From a virus, in the IMG/VR virus record IMGVR_UViG_3300025697_000014, positions 20,952-84,951 of that record: a stretch of 64,000 bases of DNA; one strand, written 5' to 3'. The notes beneath the pieces were generated by a model that searched no databases, had not been told where the DNA came from, and saw nothing but the letters and a program-made list of their open reading frames with translations. Made by a program: the position numbers and the translations under genes. This document shows, one piece after another, positions 41,598-51,106 of the stretch; position 1 is the stretch's first letter; the number at the start of each line of letters is the position of its first letter.

Positions 41598-43020
41598 AGC
41601 GAAACCTATACCAACGGTGAAACACCGTCAGGAGGGTGATCGCCATGTCATTATCGCTGGATTTAATGATGATGCGATCTATCATCTTGACGAGGTGGTG
41701 AAAATCCGGGGCAAGGATCGTCCAGACATCTACAGGTACTGGACATCCAAGCCCTGGCGGTGGTCATGTCTCTACTATGACCTCGTATCAAAGCAACAGA
41801 AGAATGGGCATATCAGCCAGGTCTGGCTACGGTATTGCACATGGCGTTTTGGTGACGCGGGAGTCGTAGTTGAGATGGTGGGCGCAGAGAACACACGCCT
41901 ATTCATCTGGGAACAGCACGAGGAAGCTATACGTCTAGCAAGCGACCTCGCTATCGACGTATGCATTCCCAAGATCGACAAGCGTACATCGCGTCTTCTC
42001 GCCAGGTACCGAGTGAAGACAGTAGGCCTGCTAGACTGGCCATAGCATAGAAGAACAACTAGGAGAGTATCATGATAATCGAAATGACTCAGCAGGTTGA
42101 TGTTTGGTACAAAGTGATAGATGCAGGACCACGCTCAATTGGAACCATGCGAGAAAATGACACCATCTGCATCGTGCGATTCCCGTCATGGAAAAGCGCT
42201 ATCGCGTTTGCAGAAGAGCTTGTTGAGAAAGAGGGTCGGCCAGGAATGACACGCAAGAATCTGATGGGGATAACAAGCACACGCCTTCTGTGCGGCGGAC
42301 TCCAAGAAAGATACGACATTCCATGGCTAGACGATCCCATTAGGCAAGAAGGCGGTCGTAAAGAACAGATCGAATGCAAATAGAATAGGAGAGTGCTGAT
42401 GAAACGCACTAAACAATGGTGGAATCAGCTATCACCTGAAGAGAGAGTAGAGCTGTGTGCACTAGAGAAGGCTAGCAACCAGCTAGGATTCAGGGGTGGC
42501 GGGCTTCCAGACGACTGCTCATCGTGTACATTCTGTGGTAGCCCACATCTAGGAGTTGGCCTATGCATACATTGTGGAAACACGCTATCTAGGCTGATCA
42601 GGAAAGCTAACAACGGCAACGAGATCCTTGTTCTGCGCAGTAGAGTGGTGCTGCTTGAAGCAGAACTCAGGAAGCTAGAGTGGAGCATGGAGTGGTATGG
42701 ACACGACATCAACTACTGTCCAGAATGCGGTGAGTATGAAAGCAAAGGACACAGGGCAAGCTGTTCGCTAGGAGCAGCATTAGCAGGAGGATAACGATGG
42801 CACTTACACCAAGTGAGCTTGGAGACCAGATGATAGCTTTTGGCAAGACTGCGTTACTACAGAATCAGGTGGAGCGCCTTACCGCCCGTAACACCGAGAT
42901 GGAAGCAGGACTCAACCACATTATCAAGTGGTGCAAGCAGTCGCATAGCCTATTCAGTGTCAATCAGCTCGCGAAGGCTATCGGGCGTATGTGTAAAGAT
43001 GTATTACAGGAGAACGAGAC

Positions 43021-43461
43021 ATGAGCCTAGACGTATATCTAACAGTCAAAGACATACTGAACACTGAATCCGCTATCTACCTACGTGTTGGTGGACGCAA
43101 CAAGCGTGTGACACGCGCTAATTGGGACGAGCTAAACCCAGGGCGAGAACCTACTGTTGTAGCTCAGGAGAACGCAAATGTGTTCTGGGCTAACATCACG
43201 CACAACCTGAATACCATGGCTGGTGAGGCTGGGATTTACAAGGAGCTATGGCGACCCGATGAGATCGGTATTACGACAGCAGGCCAGCTTGCTGATCCAC
43301 TCACGAGTGGTCTACAGAGACTCAAGGATGACCCGGCAAAGTTCATACCATTCGAGCCAGAGAACAGATGGGGTACATACGGAACACTCGTTGGCTTTGT
43401 GGAGGAGTATCTGGAAGCCTGCATCAAGTATCCAGACGCCACCGTTGAGGTATCGCGATGA
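43021..43461 (+). CDS. Conserved phage hypothetical protein
   Basis: MSLDVYL...NITHNL..MA..AG...PENRWGTY...ACIKYPDA. Confidence 0.6.
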   Translation: MSLDVYLTVKDILNTESAIYLRVGGRNKRVTRANWDELNPGREPTVVAQENANVFWANITHNLNTMAGEAGIYKELWRPDEIGITTAGQLADPLTSGLQRLKDDPAKFIPFEPENRWGTYGTLVGFVEEYLEACIKYPDATVEVSR

Positions 43462-43914
43462 ATAGAGCTTCTGAGACGAAGGGGTGGCGCTACTCGATGG
43501 AGCCGGGGGATGGTACTCACTATGAATTCTCCCTCGTCTCTTGCGACCCACGCACAGCTCGCGGGGTAGGTGTAGATACATCAAAGTTCATCACTCTGGT
43601 CCTACATAATCCGGGAGCTGGAGCCTACGAGGTCCGAAGGTCAGAGCTTCAAGAGCCAGCCATGCACTACATCCGCTATCTACGTAAGCACTTTACACCT
43701 GCGAATTACACACTTGCTGCTATCGTGCTAGCATGCAGTATCCTGGTAGACGATGCTGGTGAGTTGGATAGAGCGGCTGCTGAGATGCTCAAAGCTAACG
43801 CGCTTTTACATGAGGAGGATTGATGGACGAGCCTAAGTGGAACAACTTTGACTACTGGAGCTTGGCTATCGGCGTGGTAATTCTGGTGCTTGCTAGGGTG
43901 CTGGGATAAAGGAA

Positions 43915-43954
43915 GGGGCAAGATAAAGAGCCGTAAAAGGCCCCTATCTTGCCC
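43915..43954. terminator. Hairpin between convergent genes
   Basis: GGGCAAGATA ... TATCTTGCCC inverted repeat. Confidence 0.45.
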
Positions 43955-44021
43955 TGATACCTGTTTTACCCCAAAAGCTCTAGAACAATCGCTAAGGATG
44001 CTTAGACAAGCTCTGGCTACA

Positions 44022-45206
44022 CTAGTCAGCCTCTAGCCAACCACGCATGGTGACATTGGCAACACCTGCTATAGTTGATTCACCTGCAGCACTCAACTCT
44101 GTGTGCTCAAGGAACTTCAGTGGAATAATAAACGTAAGAGACACTGACTCATTGGCAGCTATCGCCTCAGCTTCTGGATAGTACATATCACTCACTAGAT
44201 AATCCTGTGTCGGATCTCTGTTTGAATGTATGTGGAGCCGTGCATATTGTCGATTAGCATTCGAGCAACCAAAGCCGAAGACTACTTGTGTGACGTACAG
44301 TGTGTAGCCATCAGGTACAGTGTAGAATGACGAACGGTCTACAGTATAACCCAGTGTGATGTAGCCATAGGTGATAGTACCAGGTGTATTGCGTAAGCTC
44401 AAGTTGCCAACTGGGAGACCGCCAGATCCAGCTGCAATTACCCGTATGGAATTGATACGGAATATGTCATCGCGCACTGTATTTACCGGCGTTGTACCAT
44501 TTAACACCACAATCTCGCCACCTTTGACATAGTCTTCATCAAGAAACTGAATCCATACAGCCATCGCGCCAGTGTGCGCCGATGCGTCGACAACAGCGTA
44601 ATAGCGGCTTGCACCAGAGCCACCCTTCTGGAAGCCCCTAGCTACTGTAAGCTGATGCTCGGAAACATTTGTGATGATACCATACTCTGGTCCAGGGTGC
44701 ACAGCGTGCGGGTCTAGAATGAGGTGATCTCCCACCGCTACCGCAGTACCAGTTGTGAAGTTTACACTTGCATCCCTGAGTGTCGTCAGAGAGCCATCTG
44801 TGTCAGACTGTACGGTATTCCCTGTTGCATCACCCTTGATGACGGTCCCGATGTCTTGCGCGTTGTCGCTTGAGTACATCTCCATCTGCTGCTCTGCTGT
44901 GGGGTAGACGTAGAGGCCCGCCGCGCTCCATATATCACTCTCTGTCGCGTTCATTGTTGGCGTATATCCAAAGCTATTCCACGCCTTGTGACCAGTAACG
45001 AGGCCTTCTGCAATGTCGTAGGTATAGGGCATTGCACTGACGCGGGGTTTCCCATCAACTAGCTTGAGGCCAAAGGAGTCTCCGTCTTCATCAAGCATCC
45101 CGACATATCCAGCGGTTACCGGAGCATATGTGCCATCACCCATATCCTTATAGAGAATGTTTACCTGATCCGATCCTAGTCCTACCTTCTTAGTAATGTC
45201 TGCCAT
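44022..45206 (-). CDS. Probable virion structural/decoration protein
   Basis: 394 aa, Gly/Thr/Val-rich (FGYT...SDIW, LNGTTPV.T...RIN); on late strand with its own RBS. Confidence 0.45.
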   Translation of the reverse strand: MADITKKVGLGSDQVNILYKDMGDGTYAPVTAGYVGMLDEDGDSFGLKLVDGKPRVSAMPYTYDIAEGLVTGHKAWNSFGYTPTMNATESDIWSAAGLYVYPTAEQQMEMYSSDNAQDIGTVIKGDATGNTVQSDTDGSLTTLRDASVNFTTGTAVAVGDHLILDPHAVHPGPEYGIITNVSEHQLTVARGFQKGGSGASRYYAVVDASAHTGAMAVWIQFLDEDYVKGGEIVVLNGTTPVNTVRDDIFRINSIRVIAAGSGGLPVGNLSLRNTPGTITYGYITLGYTVDRSSFYTVPDGYTLYVTQVVFGFGCSNANRQYARLHIHSNRDPTQDYLVSDMYYPEAEAIAANESVSLTFIIPLKFLEHTELSAAGESTIAGVANVTMRGWLEAD

Positions 45207-45275
45207 AGTTATCTCCTCTAATAGTTACGTATAACCATATGATAGCACCATCTATAGCTTCTGGCAAGTTGGGTG

Positions 45276-45284
45276 TGGTATAAT
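45276..45284 (+). promoter_or_regulatory. Extended -10 promoter TGGTATAAT
   Basis: Upstream of RBS and ATG 45310. Confidence 0.55.
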
Positions 45285-45309
45285 ATTACCTGAAGGGAGA
45301 AACTAGCAT

Positions 45310-45702
45310 ATGAATGTTTTACTGGCGTTTTCAGTACTACTGGCGGGTTGGGCAAGTCAATATGGCCCGGGTGTGATGGACTCTGTGATCCGTGTACGAC
45401 AAGCGGGCAGGACAGTTATGACGCTGCCTATGGAGTTGCCTGATACTGATGGCTATGTAGCGATGGTGGAGTGTGATCGTATCGGGGATATCGTTTACTT
45501 ACGGCCTTTGGGAGACGAGGTGTTTGAGTCGTTCTTAGTGGTGGATTGCTCAGGACATGATGAGACTACTGACTGGATGGAGCGCAACAACATTCTAGTG
45601 GAGGTGGATTACGAGACAGCCCTACGATGGGATACAATTGGCCACGGTCAACAGATCGAGATGAAGCAAGCCGATGAGTACATAACGTTCTGCGCACAAT
45701 AG
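45310..45702 (+). CDS. RlpA-like double-psi beta-barrel protein (possible cell-wall lytic function)
   Basis: GWASQY.PGVM, VAM..C..IG, FLVVDC, VEVD; hydrophobic N-terminus. Confidence 0.45.
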   Translation: MNVLLAFSVLLAGWASQYGPGVMDSVIRVRQAGRTVMTLPMELPDTDGYVAMVECDRIGDIVYLRPLGDEVFESFLVVDCSGHDETTDWMERNNILVEVDYETALRWDTIGHGQQIEMKQADEYITFCAQ

Positions 45703-46082
45703 GGAGGTAACATGCGAGTAATACTGGAAGCTACAAAAGATATGACCCTGGAAATAGATGTAACACACAGTCTACGTGATGAGTTCGGAGATCCTGTGTT
45801 TGCTGCTCAGCTAGGAATGGCTTCAGGAGTAGCGGCTTTCCTAGAGAGTCTATTAGGCCTCGTCGAGCCAGACCCCACCCTTGAGATCACAGACGATGAC
45901 ACCACAGAAACAATCGCTGAAAAGGTCTGCAAAAGCCTTGAGACTATGTTGTATGATGCAGCAGCGCATTTGCTCAGCGAGCAGGAGAATAATACCGAGG
46001 ACTGGACAGATATGTTCAAGAGGCTTGGAAAGGATAGTCATGTTTGAGCTAATCCTGTTTGTGTTGCTGGGTATCGTCGGGA

Positions 46083-46505
46083 TCATCGGACTTTTGCGTG
46101 GAGAAAAACCGAAGCCGCTGACCCAGAATCAGACAAAGGTTGCTGAAGCTGACGACCTTCTATCTGCCTTTGGCTTGGAACACCTGCTGTATTCCCCAAG
46201 ACCCTATCCTGGAATAGATGAGGACCGTCGAGACGCTCAAGACGCCCTTTACGAATGGGGACTAGACGATACTCTGGTTCGGGACCCAAAGGTGTATCCT
46301 CAGTCCCACAGTCGATAAGATAGCGGTCATCGCGCTTTGAGACTATCTGGTGTGTACGGAAACGCACGCCCTTGGGGTTGTTCTGGCCCTCAATGTAGTA
46401 CCTGGGTATCGGTTCTCCCCGAGGTATAAACTCGGCCACAAAGCCAGAGTGTGGGTGGCCATCCCTATCATTCCACGTAACATAGTCTCCAATATTCATA
46501 CTCAT
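46083..46505 (-). CDS. Hypothetical protein (SH3-like N-terminus)
   Basis: MNIGDYVTW; its 3' part overlaps a plus-strand ORF. Confidence 0.35.
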   Translation of the reverse strand: MSMNIGDYVTWNDRDGHPHSGFVAEFIPRGEPIPRYYIEGQNNPKGVRFRTHQIVSKRDDRYLIDCGTEDTPLGPEPEYRLVPIRKGRLERLDGPHLFQDRVLGNTAGVPSQRQIEGRQLQQPLSDSGSAASVFLHAKVR

Positions 46506-46524
46506 ATTATAGTAGGAGGTTGAT

Positions 46525-46962
46525 GTGAAAGCAATTGTCTACTGTGGCCCGCCTGGTGCTGGCAAGAGCTACGAGATCAAAGCAGCCAACTTCCCTGAAG
46601 ATACACCTATCCTCGACATGGCTAAGTACTACAAGGAGGTAGAGAAGCAGTACCCAACCCTCGATTCGTATGGTGCATACACTGAACGTATGGATCGTTT
46701 GGTGAATGAGTTGTTTACGCTTTCCCGTGATGACGAGGTAGGAACGGTGGTCATCGAGGGAATCTTTGCCCCGGCATCTCATAGTAGAGAGTGGTTGATA
46801 CAGGCCTGCTTCGATTACAATATCGATGTGAACTTCGTGGCTGTGGACTTCAACCTGGAAGATCCTGTTCGCAGGATTACTGCAGACTATGAGAGAGATC
46901 ATGATCGCAAGCGATACCTGGGCCGTCTAGCGTTGTTCTCTAAGTACGCTGATCGCTTTTGA
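46525..46962 (+). CDS. P-loop kinase (AAA_33 / polynucleotide kinase-like)
   Basis: YCGPPGAGKS, VVIEG; AGGAGG RBS. Confidence 0.75.
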   Translation: MKAIVYCGPPGAGKSYEIKAANFPEDTPILDMAKYYKEVEKQYPTLDSYGAYTERMDRLVNELFTLSRDDEVGTVVIEGIFAPASHSREWLIQACFDYNIDVNFVAVDFNLEDPVRRITADYERDHDRKRYLGRLALFSKYADRF

Positions 46963-47965
46963 GCAGGGTTGTGGATAGAGCTGCTTCGCAGTAAGGCTTG
47001 AGATTTGTATCAAGTACAAGATTGGCCAGCTCGGTTCAAGGGGATCATTCTGCGCATAAAGAATAACCTTACGCTAATGAAAAACGTCGTTGATGATGGG
47101 GTCTGATCCCCGCCCCATCACCAATACTCACTGTACATAATTCTTGAGCTGTGATGCGCTAAGTCGGAATAAGGAGGAATAACATGCTAGTACCTGTTAC
47201 AAAGACAAAGTCTTACAAACTCGCGAGCGTATTGGACATGAGTATTGGCAAAAGCTATGTTGGTAACAACCAGCAAGCAATAATCAATACGTTACGTGAA
47301 GAGCTTACCATCCTGTGCAAGAAAGATCTCAAGGCACCAGACCTAGCTATAGCAGACTTCAAGTTTAACGGTGGCAATGTCATCGTCACACTTGGATGGA
47401 TAGAGATAACATGATCATCAATGTCGTGTTAGAGATCGACACAGGTGACAGCATTGGAGGAGGACACGAAACAGATCTTGGAAACGTCCTTCGCTATTTC
47501 AATATACGCAAACAGCACCCCGTAGGCATTAACGGAACGCGTCTTCAGATCACTAGCTTTAGCGTTCAGCAAGTTACCGAGAACGAAATCGAGGAATAGC
47601 ATGGCATACTGGACTAAGCAGTTAGCGGAGGTGAGCAAGTGAACCCAGGATATCTGTTTGACTTTGTCGTAGATATAGTGATAGGTTGTGTTGCCATATG
47701 TGGCGCGATGGGTGCGGGAATAGGAGTCATGCTTATCTGGCTAGCGATCACAACCCCAACCAAGCCCTCGTCAAGATAGGACAGCGAAGATAGCGGTGCT
47801 GGAAGGAGCAGAGGGCAGTCTATAAGCCCGAGGATAACCCCTAGAAAGCTAGTAGGCAATCAACCGAAAGCGAGTATGTGGGGCAAACTTCCTAAACGGA
47901 GTGGCGGGAGGGACCGATAATCCCAATGAGTCCACACCGAACAGTATCCATTATCAATGAATCCG

Positions 47966-47974
47966 TGGTATAAT
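47966..47974 (+). promoter_or_regulatory. Extended -10 promoter TGGTATAAT upstream of tRNA-Arg
   Basis: About 26 nt before the tRNA 5' end. Confidence 0.55.
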
Positions 47975-48000
47975 TTACACGAGAAGTGAGAGTAGGACTT

Positions 48001-48074
48001 GCGTCTATAGCTCAATCGGATAGAGCCCCTGCCTTCTAAGCAGGTGGTTGCTGGTTCAAGTCCAGCTAGGCGCT
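48001..48074 (+). tRNA. tRNA-Arg(TCT)
   Basis: Acceptor GCGTCTA/TAGGCGC, D arm GCTC/GAGC, anticodon arm CCTGC-CTTCTAA-GCAGG, T arm GCTGG-TTCAAGT-CCAGC; CCA not encoded. Confidence 0.93.
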
Positions 48075-48808
48075 CTGAGTCTGAAACCGGGCATTCCCGG
48101 GTAGTAGGACTCATCCGGGGTTGTGGGATGAAAACGAGCGAGAAGGCCTCCAAACAAATAACAGGCCTCAAACACTCGTCAATTCCCACAATCCCATCAG
48201 CTGACCCGGCACGTCCGGGCGCAGTAACACCGCCGTCCTCAAGGACGTAGGTAGTCAAGGGGAGGAGCTACGATGGTCGTAGACTATCGTCCCAACCCGC
48301 CCAGAGATTGGTGCGGTGATGCTCTAGTAAATGATCGGGCCAAATCTGCGGTAAGAAGCACCTTGCATGAGCGGCAGATGAACCGGGGGAGCTTGCCCGA
48401 TCAGATCCAAACCCTAATACCATAAGGAGATATACATGACGATTGAAGAAGCACTGGTGGAGTATGAGTCACGGCTGGTAATTGCTACGATACTATCGGA
48501 ACGCAAGGAAGGCGGGAAGGAAGGGCTGACCGCTGAAGATATTAGCAATAAGCGTAAGGCTCTCATCTCAGCTATTGACGAGGAGCAATGTGGGTGGGCT
48601 GAGTGGGTTGAGGAGTTGTCAGGAGGATCGTAATGGACTCTTTGCTGATATTAGCCATTGGTCTGGGCGCAACTAGTATTTCTCTACTGGTATATGCAGT
48701 GGCATACGGTATAGGATTTTGCCGGGGCGCTGAGAACGCAACTGACTTCTACAAGAAACTTCATCGGTAACATATGTAAATAATGGCACACAATTTCGAT
48801 ACTTTGCT

Positions 48809-49120
48809 ATGAGAACCAGGTCCACTAGGGCGCGTCACAAATTTCATCTGGATCTTGAGTATCTCAAAGAACTCTGGGAAAGCCAGGGTGGTATCTGTCC
48901 GCTTACTGGATGGGAAATAGAACTACCAATAAACACGACGGGGTTCAGGATAAAGCGCGATCCACACAACGCCTCTCTCGACAGGATTGACAACGATAAG
49001 GACTATGTAAAGGGTAACGTTCGATATATCGCATTGATCGCGAATCTTGCGAGGAACAGCTGGGACGACAAAGCGGTAATAGAGTTCGCAAGAAGTGTAG
49101 TTCAACAACACAAAACTTGA
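48809..49120 (+). CDS. HNH-like endonuclease between tRNA genes
   Basis: LWESQGGICPLTG...SLDRIDN...YVKGNVR...ANLAR. Confidence 0.7.
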   Translation: MRTRSTRARHKFHLDLEYLKELWESQGGICPLTGWEIELPINTTGFRIKRDPHNASLDRIDNDKDYVKGNVRYIALIANLARNSWDDKAVIEFARSVVQQHKT

Positions 49121-49164
49121 CAGGTTGGAGTCCTGGCCGCCAGTCCTGTATCATAGTAGTACAT

Positions 49165-49238
49165 GCTCCGCGTGGTCTAATGGCTAAGACAATTGCTTTG
49201 TACGCAGTGGATTCCTGGTTCGAGTCCAGGCCGGAGCT
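49165..49238 (+). tRNA. tRNA-Thr(TGT)
   Basis: Acceptor GCTCCG(C)G/CCGGAGC, D arm GTCT/AGAC, anticodon arm ATTGC-TTTGTAC-GCAGT, T arm CCTGG-TTCGAGT-CCAGG. Confidence 0.82.
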
Positions 49239-49326
49239 TTGGGTGGTCTGATAAACCACCACTTGTTAGATTCACGGAGTTGGGAGATCTCCGTCATCAA
49301 AACTCCCATAACCTTTCTGCGCACAA

Positions 49327-49449
49327 GGGGGTGAACTGAATCGATTCGGTGCCAAGATTACCGGGGAGACAGAAAAAGCCCTTCGCAAAGACTGTCCATG
49401 ATCCAGTAGTGCAACATTGAAGACGCGGGTTCATTGCCCGCCACCTCCA
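49327..49449 (+). ncRNA. Minimal tmRNA-like RNA (tRNA-like domain only)
   Basis: 5' GGGGGTGAACTGAATCGA; 3' GACGCGGGTTCATTGCCCGCCACCTCCA; G3.U70 pair and A73. Confidence 0.75.
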
Positions 49450-49697
49450 CATCATTATACCAAAGGAGATACCATGAGTGAACACGAAATTCTAACATAC
49501 TCGACCTATCAAGTACGTGCACGCCGAGAGTCTCGTCTGATCCCCGGCGTGAAGGTTAACGTTGATATTGGTATACGATGTCCGCGCTGTGACAAGATAG
49601 GAGACAACATCGAACATCTAGAAACAAGGACCTGTGCCTGCGGTCTTATCATGGAACGCCGTGGCAATGCTCTATATATCAGCGAAGAGGAATAACT

Positions 49698-49859
49698 ATG
49701 CCCGAAGTGAAAGTATCCTGTGAAGTCTACTCTCGCGTCGTCGGATTTCTACGTCCAGTCAGTGCGTACAACGAAGGAAAACAGCAGGAGTTCTATGATC
49801 GAGTAAACTTTCAGCTTCCCACAAAGGAGAAGCTGCTAGATGTTGTAGTCCAGGAGTAA
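49698..49859 (+). CDS. Stand-alone NrdD C-terminal glycyl-radical peptide (53 aa, not in ORF track)
   Basis: MPEVKVSCEVYSRVVGFLRPVSAYNEGKQQEFYDR...; GAGG RBS. Confidence 0.85.
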   Translation: MPEVKVSCEVYSRVVGFLRPVSAYNEGKQQEFYDRVNFQLPTKEKLLDVVVQE

Positions 49860-50150
49860 TATGATAGAAACACAATGGTCCCTTAACTACTACCGCGAGG
49901 TAAAACATCTCTACAATCGCTTAATGGACATGACTGGGCACTCGACACAAGATATGTATATCACAACTGGTAACATCAATGTTCCACTGACTAAGGAGGG
50001 CAACATGTCCTGGCGCTATACAGAAGAGGAACGGAAGAAAGCAGACATAGTCATGGCCTGCGTAGTTGTCGTCTTTAGCCTCATCGATATGGCAGTGGTG
50101 GGCGGGGCAGTATATCTTTTCCTGAAGATGCTCATGAATCTAGGAGTGAT

Positions 50151-50678
50151 ATGATTAACAGAGAAGGACTACATGGACACCCGTTGTACTTTGAACTCCT
50201 GGAGCAGCTTGAAGAGGAGTGTGATGCAATTCCAATGGAGAAGCATACATACGAGCGGCTTACTCTCCAGTTTGAGAGTTCGTGTTGGTGGGCAATCGAG
50301 GAACGTGAACCTGTCTGGTTCTATGTTGCTCTTGAGGGGTTGGGGTTCTTGATAGAGATATCTGGTGATAACGATGTACACCAGATCCTACAAGATATGG
50401 CGCAGCTACACAGCGACAAGAATGCAGGGTATGCTGGCCACCAGAACGAGAACCCACTAGCTAACTTCTATGCCTCAGAAGAGTACATAGGTATCAGCGC
50501 ATATCACGGATGCCTCGTCCGTCTGTGTGATAAGTATGAGAGGATCAAACATCTTCGAGAGAACCCTGCCAATGACAAGGTGAACGAGTCAATCATTGAT
50601 ACTACTAGGGATCTCATTGCGTATGCATTGATTGCTGCTATTCTGCTAGAGGAGTCTGGAGAGGGAGACGAGGAATGA
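50151..50678 (+). CDS. DUF1599-like (nucleotide-modification-associated) domain protein
   Basis: KNAGYAG..NPLANF...RLCDKYERI...NESIIDT..DLIAYALI. Confidence 0.65.
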   Translation: MINREGLHGHPLYFELLEQLEEECDAIPMEKHTYERLTLQFESSCWWAIEEREPVWFYVALEGLGFLIEISGDNDVHQILQDMAQLHSDKNAGYAGHQNENPLANFYASEEYIGISAYHGCLVRLCDKYERIKHLRENPANDKVNESIIDTTRDLIAYALIAAILLEESGEGDEE

Positions 50679-51106
50679 AGCGATGGATTGTTGTGTTGCT
50701 ACTACTGGTTGTATTGGTGATGGCCGCTCCGGTGTGTGCTGGTACCTGTACGTTCACAAACGAGCTCAAGACAGAGGCTAGTGACTCTGACACAGAGGTT
50801 ACTAGCCCAGATGGACTGGTAGTATGTGGGGTTCAGGTCAAGGCGGGACAGGGACTCTATACATTCTACGAAAATGGTGAGGATGGGTGCTTTAAGGTGG
50901 AAGGCCTGGGCACATCGAGTGTTACTGTATCAGAGCTTGGGAACCCCGGGTGTCATGATATCTCTCACATCAACTGGGGAAGCTCCGTAACGTCTGTCAC
51001 TATCTCAGAGATCGACGCCAGAACTAACGTACAACTACTTGCTAGTATGGCTGTCATTGTCGTCATACTGATTGCAGGTATATCTTGGGTTGAAAGGAAG
51101 AAGTAA
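50675..51106 (+). CDS. Secreted, C-terminally membrane-anchored protein
   Basis: Signal peptide MKRWIVVLLLLVVLVMAAPVCA; C-terminal TM helix plus RKK. Confidence 0.7.
   Translation: MKRWIVVLLLLVVLVMAAPVCAGTCTFTNELKTEASDSDTEVTSPDGLVVCGVQVKAGQGLYTFYENGEDGCFKVEGLGTSSVTVSELGNPGCHDISHINWGSSVTSVTISEIDARTNVQLLASMAVIVVILIAGISWVERKK

Noticed and set aside
47091-47124. GATGGGG/CCCCATC-A-CCA microhelix as a tRNA-like RNA
   Set aside because: No D or anticodon arm, and the CCA pairs into an extended hairpin; more simply a terminator-like stem
47780-47950. RNase P RNA
   Set aside because: Lacks the GAGGAAAGUCC and ACAGAA..CGGCUUA P4 signatures
48150-48250. Separate tmRNA mRNA-like piece (AAATAACAGGC resembles a resume context)
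   Set aside because: Encoded peptide does not end in an Ala-Ala-type degron, and no pairing to the mini-tmRNA was evident
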